From: Moniliella sp. 'wahieum'
Lineage: Eukaryota
Direction of reading: 5' to 3'
Assembly (NCBI GenBank): GCA_003971905.1
Contig: RSEE01000013.1
Span: 186,001-250,000 of the forward strand
DNA: 64,000 nucleotides
Positions within the stretch are counted from its first letter, which is position 1; the number at the start of each line of letters is the position of its first letter. The position numbers and the translations under genes were made by a program. The notes beneath the pieces are model-generated. The model made no database searches. It worked only from the letters and a program-made list of their open reading frames with translations, and was not told the DNA's origin. Below, one piece after another: positions 51,396 to 61,833 of this stretch.

Positions 51396-54300
51396 ATGAC
51401 GTTTACACCATTCCAACCCCCGCGGCGCCCATCAGCACCAACACCCTCGGCTCAGACGGCCCCCTCAACCGTCTCGAATGTCCGCCGCACCTCCCTGCTC
51501 ATCCTCGGTCGTCGTCCAAGTTTAACGCCCAAGCAGCAACCATCTGCCACTGCACCCGCGTCGACGCGGACACTGCCTACCGCATCTGCGTCTCCATCCG
51601 CATCCCCATCCGCATGCTCACCCACATCCCCATTGGTATCCCATACATCCTCTACCTCCCCCTCCTCTCCGCCCGAACTATCATCAATAGCGCCCTCCGT
51701 GCCCATGTCCGGCGCGTCTGCCGGGCCTCTGATCCGTCCCGTCCTACCTCAAGTCCAGGCCAGTCGCCGCCCGCCCCCACCACCAACGGGTTTGCCCAAC
51801 ACGCCCGCTAACCACGGCCGCATATCGGCTTCTCCTGCTGGTTGTGCGACCACCTCATCCATCGCCACCAAGCCAGAACCTACCAATGCGCATCCTACCT
51901 CACATTCCCATTCTGCTTCTTGCCGGGCCGACCAAACTGCTACTTGGTCGACAACCAGCTCGGCGACCGCGCGTTCCAAGCCGACTACCCGGTTCCAACG
52001 CGAAAAGAAACGCGAGTTCAATGACCCCCCGCTGGTAGGGCCGTGGAAGATTGGCGCGCTAATCGGGACTGGTGCGAGTGGTACGTGGCAGCAGGTGTCT
52101 ACACCTGTGAGGATGCTCCCCAGTGACACACAACTGACCTGCCTCTCTTGCTCTCTTATCAGGTCATGTTCGCTTGGTCCACCATGTCAAGACGGGAGTC
52201 AAGGCTGCTGTCAAGGTCATCCCACGGCACCAGTTGGCCACCAAGCTGGCCGCCAGCGGGTCCGGGCCTGAGGTTCAGAAGCGCCTTCAGAAGATGGAAA
52301 TTGGCATTGAGCGAGAGATTATCGTAATGCGTCTGATCAAGCACGATAATCTGTCTTTGATTGATGTGTATGAGAACGAGAAGGTACTGTACCTCATTAT
52401 GGAGTACGTCGAGGGGGGTGAGTTGTTTGACCACCTTGTCTGCCGCCTTCACGTCGACACAGCTCGAGACTACTTTCGCCAGATTATGTTGGTGTCGACC
52501 ATTGCCATTCGTTCACATCTGTCATCGAGATCTGAAGCTGAAAACCTGTTGCTGTCAAAGGGTGTCAAGTCAAAATCGCCGATTTTGGCATGGCAGCTCT
52601 GCAGCATTCAGGACGCATGCTGGAAACGTCATGTGGCAGTCCCCACTATGCCTCGCCGGAAATTGTGAGCGGCAAGCACTACGTGGGTACAGCTACCGAC
52701 ATTTGGTCCTGTGGGATCATCCTCTTCGCCCTCCTCTATGGCCGATTGCCGTTTGATGACCCCAACACAAGTTCTCTCCTTCGAAAGGTCAATCCGGGTA
52801 CTTCGAATTCCCCCCTATCCTCCTGACGAAGCTGGGAAGGACCTAATCCGTCGTATGCTCGTGGTTGACCCGCGGAAGCGGTATACGATGGCGGAGATCT
52901 TTCATCATCCATGGTTTACCAACTATGGACGTTTATCGTCTACCAACCCAGTGTCTGTTGTAACAGACCAAAGTCCAATTGAATGTCCCTTGCTTTGGGA
53001 GGAGGATGACATCTTTCGTGGCCTCACCTACCTCTTCCAAGGGTACAGTGAAGAGAAACTCCAAGCCGAGTTATGTTCGCCCGATGACACACAGCCGAAG
53101 CGCCTCTACCGTCTTTTACTCAAGGATCAGCTTGCGGCCGAAGAGGAGGAAGATGAGGACGAAGGAGAAGACGCTGTCACTACATTCTCCAATGGATCAA
53201 CGGACGTTCCAGCAGCTGGTCTGTCCCCATCAAGTGACTCGACCCGCACATCCAAAGCTCTTAGCTCTCCTTTGACTTCCTATACCACTGACCATCACCT
53301 GGCGCCAGCCCCCTGACCCCTACCCACGACCTAAAGACCAATAAGCTGGCTGATTCCACCGCCAGTGGCAAGGGGATACCACCTGCCACTTACGGGCCTT
53401 CTCAAGGAGCCGATGTACTAGGGGCGGAACACACCTACACCATGCGCCAAACCCACGGACGTACACATTCCTTGGCCACCTCACCCCCCGTTTCCCCTTC
53501 GGCTGCATTGGCTCTAGAAACACAACGAGCTACGCCCATCACCGTCCCGCTTTCCCCCAAGTCCACCTGCCCATCCATCTCTTCTGGTTCTGTTCCAGGT
53601 TCGATTATGGAACGTCCTCCTTCCCTTAGCCGTCCGCCCATCCCGCCTACTTTCATGCGAGAAAGAGGCTCAGTCCTCGCTTCCAGTTCCGCAAAGCCCG
53701 CCAATGCGATCCCCGCTCAATATACCGTCCCTCAAGTAGGCGACAGCGCGGCGGCGCAGCGTTTCTTCAAGGAAGTAGCAGCGGAGCTCGCCCTGATCCG
53801 TGCCGAGGCGGCAACTCCAAATGTGCCAATGGTCTTCAACCTGGCGTTGAGAAGACACAAGGTGTGGGTTCCTGCTCCCATGGGGTCGAACCCGCCAATC
53901 CTCGCACCCCAGTACCCCCTTGGCGCAGACAACTGCCCCACCGCAAGCGGCTGCTCCCCCGGCTGTTGCGCCACCCAGTCTAATGGCCAAACCCTCACTT
54001 TCGGCCCCCATTGATTCTACCTTGTCGGCTCCTTCCAGTCCACCAAAGGGCGCGTTGCGCTTACCTAGCTCTAGTCGGCGGGCCTCTCTGAGCACACAAC
54101 TAACTGGGTTCGTTCCGGTGCCATCATGCCTCGAAGTGACCAATTCCAAGATGCGGACGAGGACGAGCCGGAGCAGAACATCAGGATGGGTTGACCGAGA
54201 CCGGATCCTTGGCCCCCTCGGTTCTCTCGGCCTTTCCTCCTACCCCCGGATCGGTAGTTCGAACAGGTTCCACTCCCACCCCCGTACCCCAAGGTAGGAC

Positions 54301-55580
54301 CAGTGCCCTGGCCGCGTTGAAACCCAGCCACTTGCCCCCCCACTCCCGGTCTCCTCTCACTACCCAGAGCATCCGGAGCGCTACCAACAGTTCTGGTGCT
54401 CTGCCCCCCGCTGGCTTGGTTCCTTGGCCCCTTGGATCGACGCCCAGCCCTGGAGTGGATGGCAAGCCCAGCGAAGGCGGGGTGCGGGACACCATGTTGC
54501 CTTTTGCCAAGCCTCCCATCCGCCACATCTCTGCTCCTTTGCACAAGGCCTCCGCACCCGAGCTGCCCCTGAGCCAGCGCTCTCGCTTGCCATCTGCCTC
54601 TCCACCCATCGCACGATGTCTTCCCGCCGCCTGACGGGGCGGTTCAGTACGTTGGCAGCTGGCCCTTCTATTGGCAGTCCTACCCTCATGAGCCCCACAC
54701 CCGACCTGACCACCCGCACAGGCTCTGGAACGACGATTCCTACCCCCACTTTCCAGGGGGGCTCATTGGGTCGTGCCACGGGCATGAGCGCATTGGCCAA
54801 CGCCTTGGGTTTGGACCGGCCGGCTGGCCAATCCACTCCACTGCTTGTTGCAGCCCGCCGTGCCTGAAAACCGACCTACCCTTTCGCCGGTCCAGCCCTG
54901 TCCGGCCCCGGCGACCGACGTGGTCCCCATGCCCGCAGCGGGGGAGACAAGACGGGCGAGTGCGAGTGCAGCTTCAGAGCCCAAAAAGGAGCAGGGGACC
55001 AAACCTATGTCCCAACCTAGTCTCTCCCGGCTGCACGACCGCAGCCCCCGTGCCACCCGGGTGCCGCGCGCACAGCTGGGTTGGCCTTGCGCGTCGCTGG
55101 GCACAAAAATAAGGACGCCGATCAAGCCCAGGACCGGGAGGGTCCGATTGCGTCTGTTGCGCCGGGACCAACGCGTCGCTTGACACCGAGGGGGTGAACG
55201 TGGCGATCCCACCTCCCCGCCGGGCCTCCTGGTTTGGCACCATCTTTAATTCGAAACCGTCCGTCTACACCCTGTACTCGTCCACTCCCTTGCTGCCAAC
55301 CCAACAAACGTTGGTCACGCTCGTTTCCCAGCTGGGCACGGTCACGCTCACAGGTCCAGAAAATGCGAGCGCGGCAGGTACCCCGGTGGTACGGCTCAAG
55401 GGCACGGCGACCCAAGCGCGCAAGTCGTCCGCTTCCGTTGGAACTGGCCGAGTTGAGTAAAGGGGGGAAACCGTTTCGTCAGTGGCAAGGTGGGAGCCAC
55501 CTCTGGCGCGTTGGTACGGATCCGACTGCTGCACGAACGTGGGTCACATGCTACGCTCAAATCGGTTCATGGAGCGTTGA
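51396..55580 (+). CDS. Gin4/Hsl1/BRSK-like (Nim1 family) Ser/Thr kinase; 3' end approximate
   Basis: [76 protein letters not shown]. Long low-complexity tail and C-terminal [11 protein letters not shown] segment. Intron 52081-52162. Confidence 0.88.
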
Positions 55581-56475
55581 AGGAACGGTGGACGTTATTG
55601 CGCCCCGGCGATCTCGCACCTTCTCAGCTCGGATGAAGCTTGAGAAGAGCGGATTGAGCGTTTGGATATCTATGGTTTTTTGATGTGTTTTGCTTTGGGT
55701 TCTCTTATTGCCGTTTCGGCTTCTTGCCATCCCCTCCCTTCAGTGAATCTGCACACGAGATGCCAGTTGGGGGAGGAGGTCGCGCTTTTTGTTTGTTTTT
55801 GTTCTTTTGGTGTTACAGTACTACATGCCATGAATATGGACTTGTGTAAATTTTCACCGTAGGACCATCTTCATCTTGGAGGGATATGCTCAGTTTAACC
55901 CAGACTCGGTTCACGCCCCCTCGTTCAAATCCCATTTTAGGGTATGATGAGGTGCGTTTTTCGGCCTCGACGACGAACCTAGTAGAACCCGCGGGTATTA
56001 GTAAGAAACAAGGACGTTGTGGGATGCTGAAGTGCCGAACGGAATCATGATGGTCAGGTATGCTGCCGTTATATATACAAGGACAAGGGATGCCGCGGGG
56101 TCCATGACGTATTCACCGACGAACCCACACAGTAGTTCATTGAAGTGCAAAACATCTTTTCTTCTCACATGCACTTTGGATTTTCGGGTTGTGGTGAGGT
56201 GTCTGAGTGTGGAGAGGGGAGATGCCGGTGATAAGGGCACGTCGACTGTAAAGGAAAGAGAGGGATGATCAAAGACCGACGAGAGCGAAGAGTTGTCGAA
56301 AGAACTTTTTATTGCTCCGATTCGATGAGGAGAAAAGCTGAAAAAAGGGAACTTCGGGATGGTAGATGAAGCACGGCAGAACTCGATCATACTGTTACCA
56401 GTTTGTGCGTAGGGTTTGTCGGGAGGATGGTCGCTGCCACTACCTCATCCTTAGACTGGTGATTATCTGTCAAAA

Positions 56476-56582
56476 TTCCCCGTAGCTCAATTGGTCAGAG
56501 TTTGATGCTTATATCATGCTGTATTCAGTGGCTGGATAGGCGGTGTACTTCACGGTTCCGAGTTCGAGCCGCGGCGGGGAAA
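56476..56582 (+). tRNA. tRNA-Ile(UAU) with 33-nt intron; two stem mismatches
   Basis: Acceptor TTCCCCG/CGGGGAA, D arm GCTC..GAGT, anticodon TAT 56510-56512, intron 56514-56546, T loop GTTCGAGCC, then a T5 terminator. Confidence 0.8.
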
Positions 56583-56767
56583 TTTTTCCTTGTCCGCCGC
56601 TCCTTTTTTGGTGCAGCGAGCGGACGCATCCAACACTAGCCGCTCGCGGCACTGACAGTGGCGGCGGGCGGAATTAGCTAGGGGCCAGTCCGCCCGTTGG
56701 ATAAAATACGGGTATCCCACTCTGGTACCCAACTGATGCAGCCCCTTAGCCCACCACCCCCATTGCC

Positions 56768-57915
56768 ATGTACCGCGGCGTGTCTCTCGAGAACGATTCG
56801 GTCACATTCCGCGACAAGGATGCTGCGGCTGTACGCAAGCTCGCTGGAACGGGCCAACTGCCCGAGTGTTATGCTCGCAAGGTGACCATCACCAAGGTCA
56901 ACCTCGACTCGGTCCGGCCCTGGGCGACCGAACGCCTAGCCGAGCTAACTGGCATCGAGGACGATGTGGTGGTAGAGTATGTCATGTCCATGCTCGAAGG
57001 CGCAGAGGATGCCAAGCCTGATCCGCGCAAACTCCATGTGGCCATCCAGGGCTTTCTTGGCGACCAGACGCCGGCGTTTATGCAGAGCCTGTGGGAATTG
57101 CTACTGGAGTCGCAAGACGCTGTGGGAGGGATTGCACCTTCCCTCGTGGAGGCCAAGAAAGCCGAGATTCGTGCGGCGGCGCAGCGGAGTCGGACCATGT
57201 TGGGTTCGGCCAGCTCGGGAGGGCGCACGGGTCGAGTGCGCCCGTGTCCGCTTGGCGCTCCGACCGGCCCCCTCCTCCAGACCACTTTGAACGTAGCCGA
57301 CGCGGCGACTGGACCGGCCCAGGTCGGCGTGGTGACCGCAACCAGTTTACCGATCGAAATGGAAATGTAACCGCACGTACCTCGGACTCGGGATGGGGTG
57401 CACGAGCCATGCGTCATCGAGTGGAAGATCGTCCATCGCCTCGCGACGAGCCGGCGCGTCGTTCGCCTCGCTCCCATCGTCTGGAGGATGGTTCACGGCA
57501 GGATGCGGACCAATGGGAGAGGCGGTCTAGGGATCGAAGCGATCGAAGCGATCGGTATCGATCTTCCGACCAGGACTTGGATGTTCGTCGGAGAGCATAT
57601 GACTCAGACCGTTCCCCTCGCAGGTCCGATCGCCGCTCTCACCACTCGGATGAGCGGCGTGAGCGAGAGGGGCACAGGAGGTCTTACCATGCTCATCGCT
57701 CTCACCATTCTCACCGTCACCGCAGCTCCAGTCCGCGCCGGGAACGAAGCCCGGGTCCCAAATCCCCTACAGGTAAGGAAGAGGGAAGACACCCTCGCTA
57801 TCCTTCGCGTTCCTCTCCGCGCCCTTCCCGCCGAGCTCACTCTCCACGTCGCTCCGACACCCCCGAGTACCGGATTGGAGATGCGCGCTCTGCGACTCCT
57901 GTCTATGACCGATGA
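56768..57915 (+). CDS. PWI-domain SR-related splicing factor (SRm160/SRRM1-like)
   Basis: MYRGVSLE..KVNLDSVRPW..LTGIEDDVVVEYV..PDPRKL..GFLG..FMQSLWELLLESQ, then an RS/RD-rich tail after one frameshift. Confidence 0.9.
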
Positions 57916-58253
57916 TTGTCGTTGCTTCGGTCAATGTGCACCGTGTACAAAATGCTTCATTATGTGGCACACCACAGTGTGAACAAATGCAAGATAGGAT
58001 GACGATGATGCAGATGATGTTTTTAAGGAAAACGGGGGGTTGACGTCAACAAGAGGTACAAACCGGATGAGCAGGCCCGTTTAGACGCAGCGCTTGTGTC
58101 CCAGTCTTAAACTCTGCAAATGATATGAATGCGAGAGACATATCGTGCAATTCATGCTCTCTTTTATGCTGAACAGTATCAATTGGGACAGGATGGGAGT
58201 ATTTAGTACGTCATACGATACTATAATATCATCACGTCCTTGCAACCTTACAA

Positions 58254-58332
58254 GGACGGGGCGCAATGGTAGCGCGTCTGACTACGACTGGTTGTAATCA
58301 GGAGGTTGCAGGTTCGACCCCTGCGTCGTTCG
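58254..58332 (+). tRNA. tRNA-Arg(ACG) with 9-nt intron
   Basis: GGCGCAATGGTAGCGCG-TCTGA-CT-ACG-A-[ctggttgta]-A-TCAGG..GGTTCGACCCC..GTCGTTCG. About 2 nt appear missing at positions 7-8. A T-run terminator lies downstream. Confidence 0.88.
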
Positions 58333-58519
58333 ACCCGACATGGGCGTCTTTTTTAGTGTTTTTCCTAATTGAAAAACAGAACCAGTGAGTCACTATCGCG
58401 TCCAACTGGCCGCCTTGTTCTATTTGTCCCGCCGGATTGGGCCACACCGTGAGTGCCAGTCAATGGCTGGCGGGTTAGCTGCTTTTGCACATCAACCACT
58501 CTCGAAGAATTCCACGGCC

Positions 58520-59044
58520 ATGACGAGCGCTCTTCCCATTATCGTCCGCCCAGCGACCGAGGCGGATCTTCCTCAACTCCTTGCCATCCACAACCATGCG
58601 ATTGTGACCTCCACTGCACTGTACGACCTGGAGCCGGTCGATTTGGCCAATCGACAAGCCTGGTTTGCCAGCCGCGTTGAAGCGGGCCAGCCAATCCTGG
58701 TCGCCTGTCCCCCCGAAGACGAGAAGGACGTGCTGGGGTATGCGACGTACGGACCTTTCTGCAGTAAGGCCGGGTACGCCTACACGGCCGAGCACAGTGT
58801 TTATGTTCGCTCTGACGCCCAGGGACGCCGGATAGGCTCGACGTTGCTCCGAGCGCTCCTCCAGGCGGCTGATGCCAACCAGATCCATACCCTTGTGGCT
58901 CGGATTGATGCGAAGAACCAAACGTCGCTCACGTTGCATGATCGGTTTGGGTTTGTCCGGGTGGGCACACTACGCCAGGCCGGACGCAAGTTTGATCAGT
59001 GGCTCGATGTGGTCCTGGTTCAGCGTATGGCCCCGGCACCCTAG
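58520..59044 (+). CDS. GNAT N-acetyltransferase, YncA/MddA/Pat (phosphinothricin/methionine sulfoximine acetyltransferase) type; intronless
   Basis: VRPATEADLPQLLAIHNHAIVTSTALYD, GYATYGPF..GYAYTAEHSVYV..QGRRIG..N..SLTLH..FGF..VG..QAGRKFDQWLD. Confidence 0.9.
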   Translation: MTSALPIIVRPATEADLPQLLAIHNHAIVTSTALYDLEPVDLANRQAWFASRVEAGQPILVACPPEDEKDVLGYATYGPFCSKAGYAYTAEHSVYVRSDAQGRRIGSTLLRALLQAADANQIHTLVARIDAKNQTSLTLHDRFGFVRVGTLRQAGRKFDQWLDVVLVQRMAPAP

Positions 59045-60043
59045 AAGATGCCTCCTTCGTACTTGGAAAGCCCGATCCAAGCAAGTACACGTGGAGGCAG
59101 CAATATTCCTCCGATTCCCAATTGCTTTTTGACAGCGTCACCTGCATTGACAGGGACGCCCCACATCTCGCCCGCGCCTCCTCCCCCCAAAAGTGTAGAG
59201 GTGGCAACAAGATAAAAGCATCCCACGCAGCCATATCATTCTCTTCCTCGTTACGAACGTCACTATATGAACACAACCAGGCAAGGCTGTGCCAACTGAA
59301 AACGAATTCCTCTTCGGCCCAGAGCTAGTCAACGATTAGTGTCGATCGCCCCCTTCATGCCTCAGCGCCTCAGCATGGCCAAGTCTGCTACGCTGGAGTC
59401 TAAAGCAAGGTACGAGGCGTATCGATCGCCATAGCGTCAGTCCGCAGTACTGCGTATAAGTGCCAATGGTCCTGCGCGCTAGGGAGCTGGGGGGTTACCG
59501 ATTACCGATTAGGCCTAAGGCTTAGGCCTTAGGAGGAATCGAACATGTCGTGCGACATCCGGGAGCACTAAGCCCTGCCGGAAAAAATCATGTCTTGTCT
59601 TCGCCGAACGTTCAACGTTCATCGATCGTTCATCACGCATCACGTGATGCGTCGCGTCAACGTTGACCGCGTTGACCAGTACAAAAAATATTTTGCGCCC
59701 CATCCAATCTCCAACCAGGACGTTCCGGTATAGTACTCACTCAAAGATGCCAAACCCCATTGTAGCTGTTTCTGCTCCTTCCCTACATTGTCAACGTGGG
59801 CACTCTACTCATTTCCAACGCGGGCCGAACCTTGGCAGAGATGGGGCCCAACGGGGTAGATTTCAAATAGAGACGGGAGTTCACATGTCACATGAGCGCA
59901 AGAAATAACTAATGACGCCTCCCAAAGACCAACTCAAAGGGTAAGGTGTTTGCAAGCGAAAAACAAAGAACGCGGGGGGGGTTAGGGGGAGGGGCAGGGG
60001 GGGGAGGGGAGATGGGGCAAAAGTCCATGAAATAGGAGCCGGT

Positions 60044-61063
60044 TTACGGGTCCTTGATAGCCGGGCCGTTGGTGACCGACGCGTGGGCGCGGCAGTTGGA
60101 GCTCGAGCCGGCAGGCTGGGCCGAAGGGGTGGGGTCGTTACCCTGGTACCAGGTGCTGGTACCGTACACGCCCGGCGGGCTGCCCGACTCACCATCGCAT
60201 TGCTCAAACGAGTTGCCGTACGAGGCGGGCTCGTTCCAGTAGCAGCCCATCTCGTCGTAAATGTGCGGGCACCACTTCCGGGCGTTGTCCGACTCGCCAA
60301 AGCAGGCACGGAAGCAGTACTCGTTGTCCGAGATGAAGGATTGCCACTCGGGCAAACGCTCCCAGTTGCCAGTACGGGTGCGGCTGAACACAAGCCCACC
60401 CACCGGGTTGCCCGAGCCCGTGGCACCGTGCGGGTCCAGCTCGCCACCCTCGTCGCCGCTTTGCACGTTGACCGAGGTAAAGTCGCCGTGGCCGGTGACC
60501 TGGACAAAGTCGGGGGTCTGGAGGAAGTGGGCACCGTGGATGGTACCGTCGGGGATGAGACGCGTACCGTATCCCGACTGCAAAAGAGAGAATAAGATGA
60601 TGTGGCATTAGTAGTGTCCTCCGTATAGGAGCGGTGGAGTAGCCCAGAAACCGCGCAGAGGGGGGGAAGGGGAGGAGAGAGGATAGACAAACCTTGGTGC
60701 AGTAACTAATCAGCGACGCCTCCTGGCCACCAATGGTGCCGTCGTCACCACCCTTGGCCTTGTGCGGGGCCCAGATGCAGAAGTCAAGAACACTGTGGGC
60801 AACGAGGAAAAAGGGATCAGCAACAGGCGGAGCAGGCGGCGAAAGGGAAGGTGCATACCTGTTGATGTACGCGTTCTGGCAGTGCCCGTTGGGCGTCGAA
60901 GCGCCGTAGCGCTGGGTGCAGTCGTTCCAGCCAAACTGGCCGCCGGACGCATCGACCTGGGCAGGCAGGTTGCGGGGTCCTGGTACTTGCCGTTGTACTG
61001 GTCCTGGGCAAGGACCGTGGCGGAGCTCGCAGCGAGGACAGAGAGGAGAGCGCGCAGTTGCAT
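60044..61063 (-). CDS. Secreted MP88-like (macrophage-activating glycoprotein type) protein, two introns
   Basis: Signal peptide MQLRALLSVLAASSATVLA; QFGWNDC, CQNAYIN/SVLDFCIWAP, GYGTRLIPDGTIHGAHF..TPDFVQVTG..GGELDPHG..GNPVGG, CPHIYDEMGC. Confidence 0.85.
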
Positions 61064-61784
61064 GGCCGGGGAAGACAGAAGGAGGGGGAGACTTGGTGGT
61101 GATGGGGGGAGGGGAGCAGACGAGCAGGCGGACTGGCGGGAGGGCAGAATATAAGGGGGCTGTGGCAGACGGCCTGCGCCGGCGCCGATGCTGGGTGTCC
61201 GGCTGAGGCGACGGAGCGCGACGCTCTTGCCCCGTTGCCCCGGCGCAGACAGGCAGGCAGATGGCAGGGCGCAAGTGTCGGGGGCAGGCCCACAGCGGCA
61301 GTGTGTGTGGACGGGTGCGCGCGGGCGGGCGCAGGCCATCATGCATAGTGCATAGCCCAGCCCCAGCGCGTCCAAAAACGGAGACAGGGGAGCAGGCGCT
61401 GCCCAGTGCTGCTGTGCCTGGGGCTGCACGCTGCTGCTGGGCGGCGGCGCGCGCGGCCGATTTTGGAAGGTCGGTGTCGATGCGGAGGGGAGACGGCCTG
61501 GGGCGGATGTACTTACTATTCGAGGGCTACCACTGCGTGCTTATGCTACGTGTGGCCTGGTGGGACGCACCCCAAGTTTCAAGTTGAGGCTCCAGGTTAG
61601 TCAAGCTGCTTCAAGCTGCAATACTCCAGGACCCCCAGGCGGCGGTGCGAACGGGACAGAGGCTTGGATGCAGGGTCGCCAGGGTCGCCTCTCAATGAGT
61701 TCGATGATCGATGGCTGCATGCCGCCCATCCCACACGGGCGCAGTGCCTAGTGCACCCCAAAACAATAATGCAGGATCATGATG

Positions 61785-61833
61785 TGCATGATGCATGATG
61801 CATGATGCATGATGCATGATGCATGATGCATGA
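61785..61833. repeat. Microsatellite (TGCATGA)7
   Basis: Seven perfect tandem copies read directly. Confidence 0.95.

Noticed and set aside
55998..56390. 130-aa minus-strand ORF beside tRNA-Ile
   Set aside because: No motif or other support for coding.
56500..56520. Reading the tRNA as an ochre (UUA) suppressor or long-variable-arm tRNA linked to the copia stop
   Set aside because: That fold needs a 6-nt anticodon loop. The canonical CU-UAU-A plus intron fold fits better.
3121..61063. Widespread frameshifts suggesting mass pseudogenisation or programmed frameshifting
   Set aside because: They hit conserved genes (SKP1, MET5, REV3) and even a tRNA at similar density while motifs stay intact, which fits long-read indel error.
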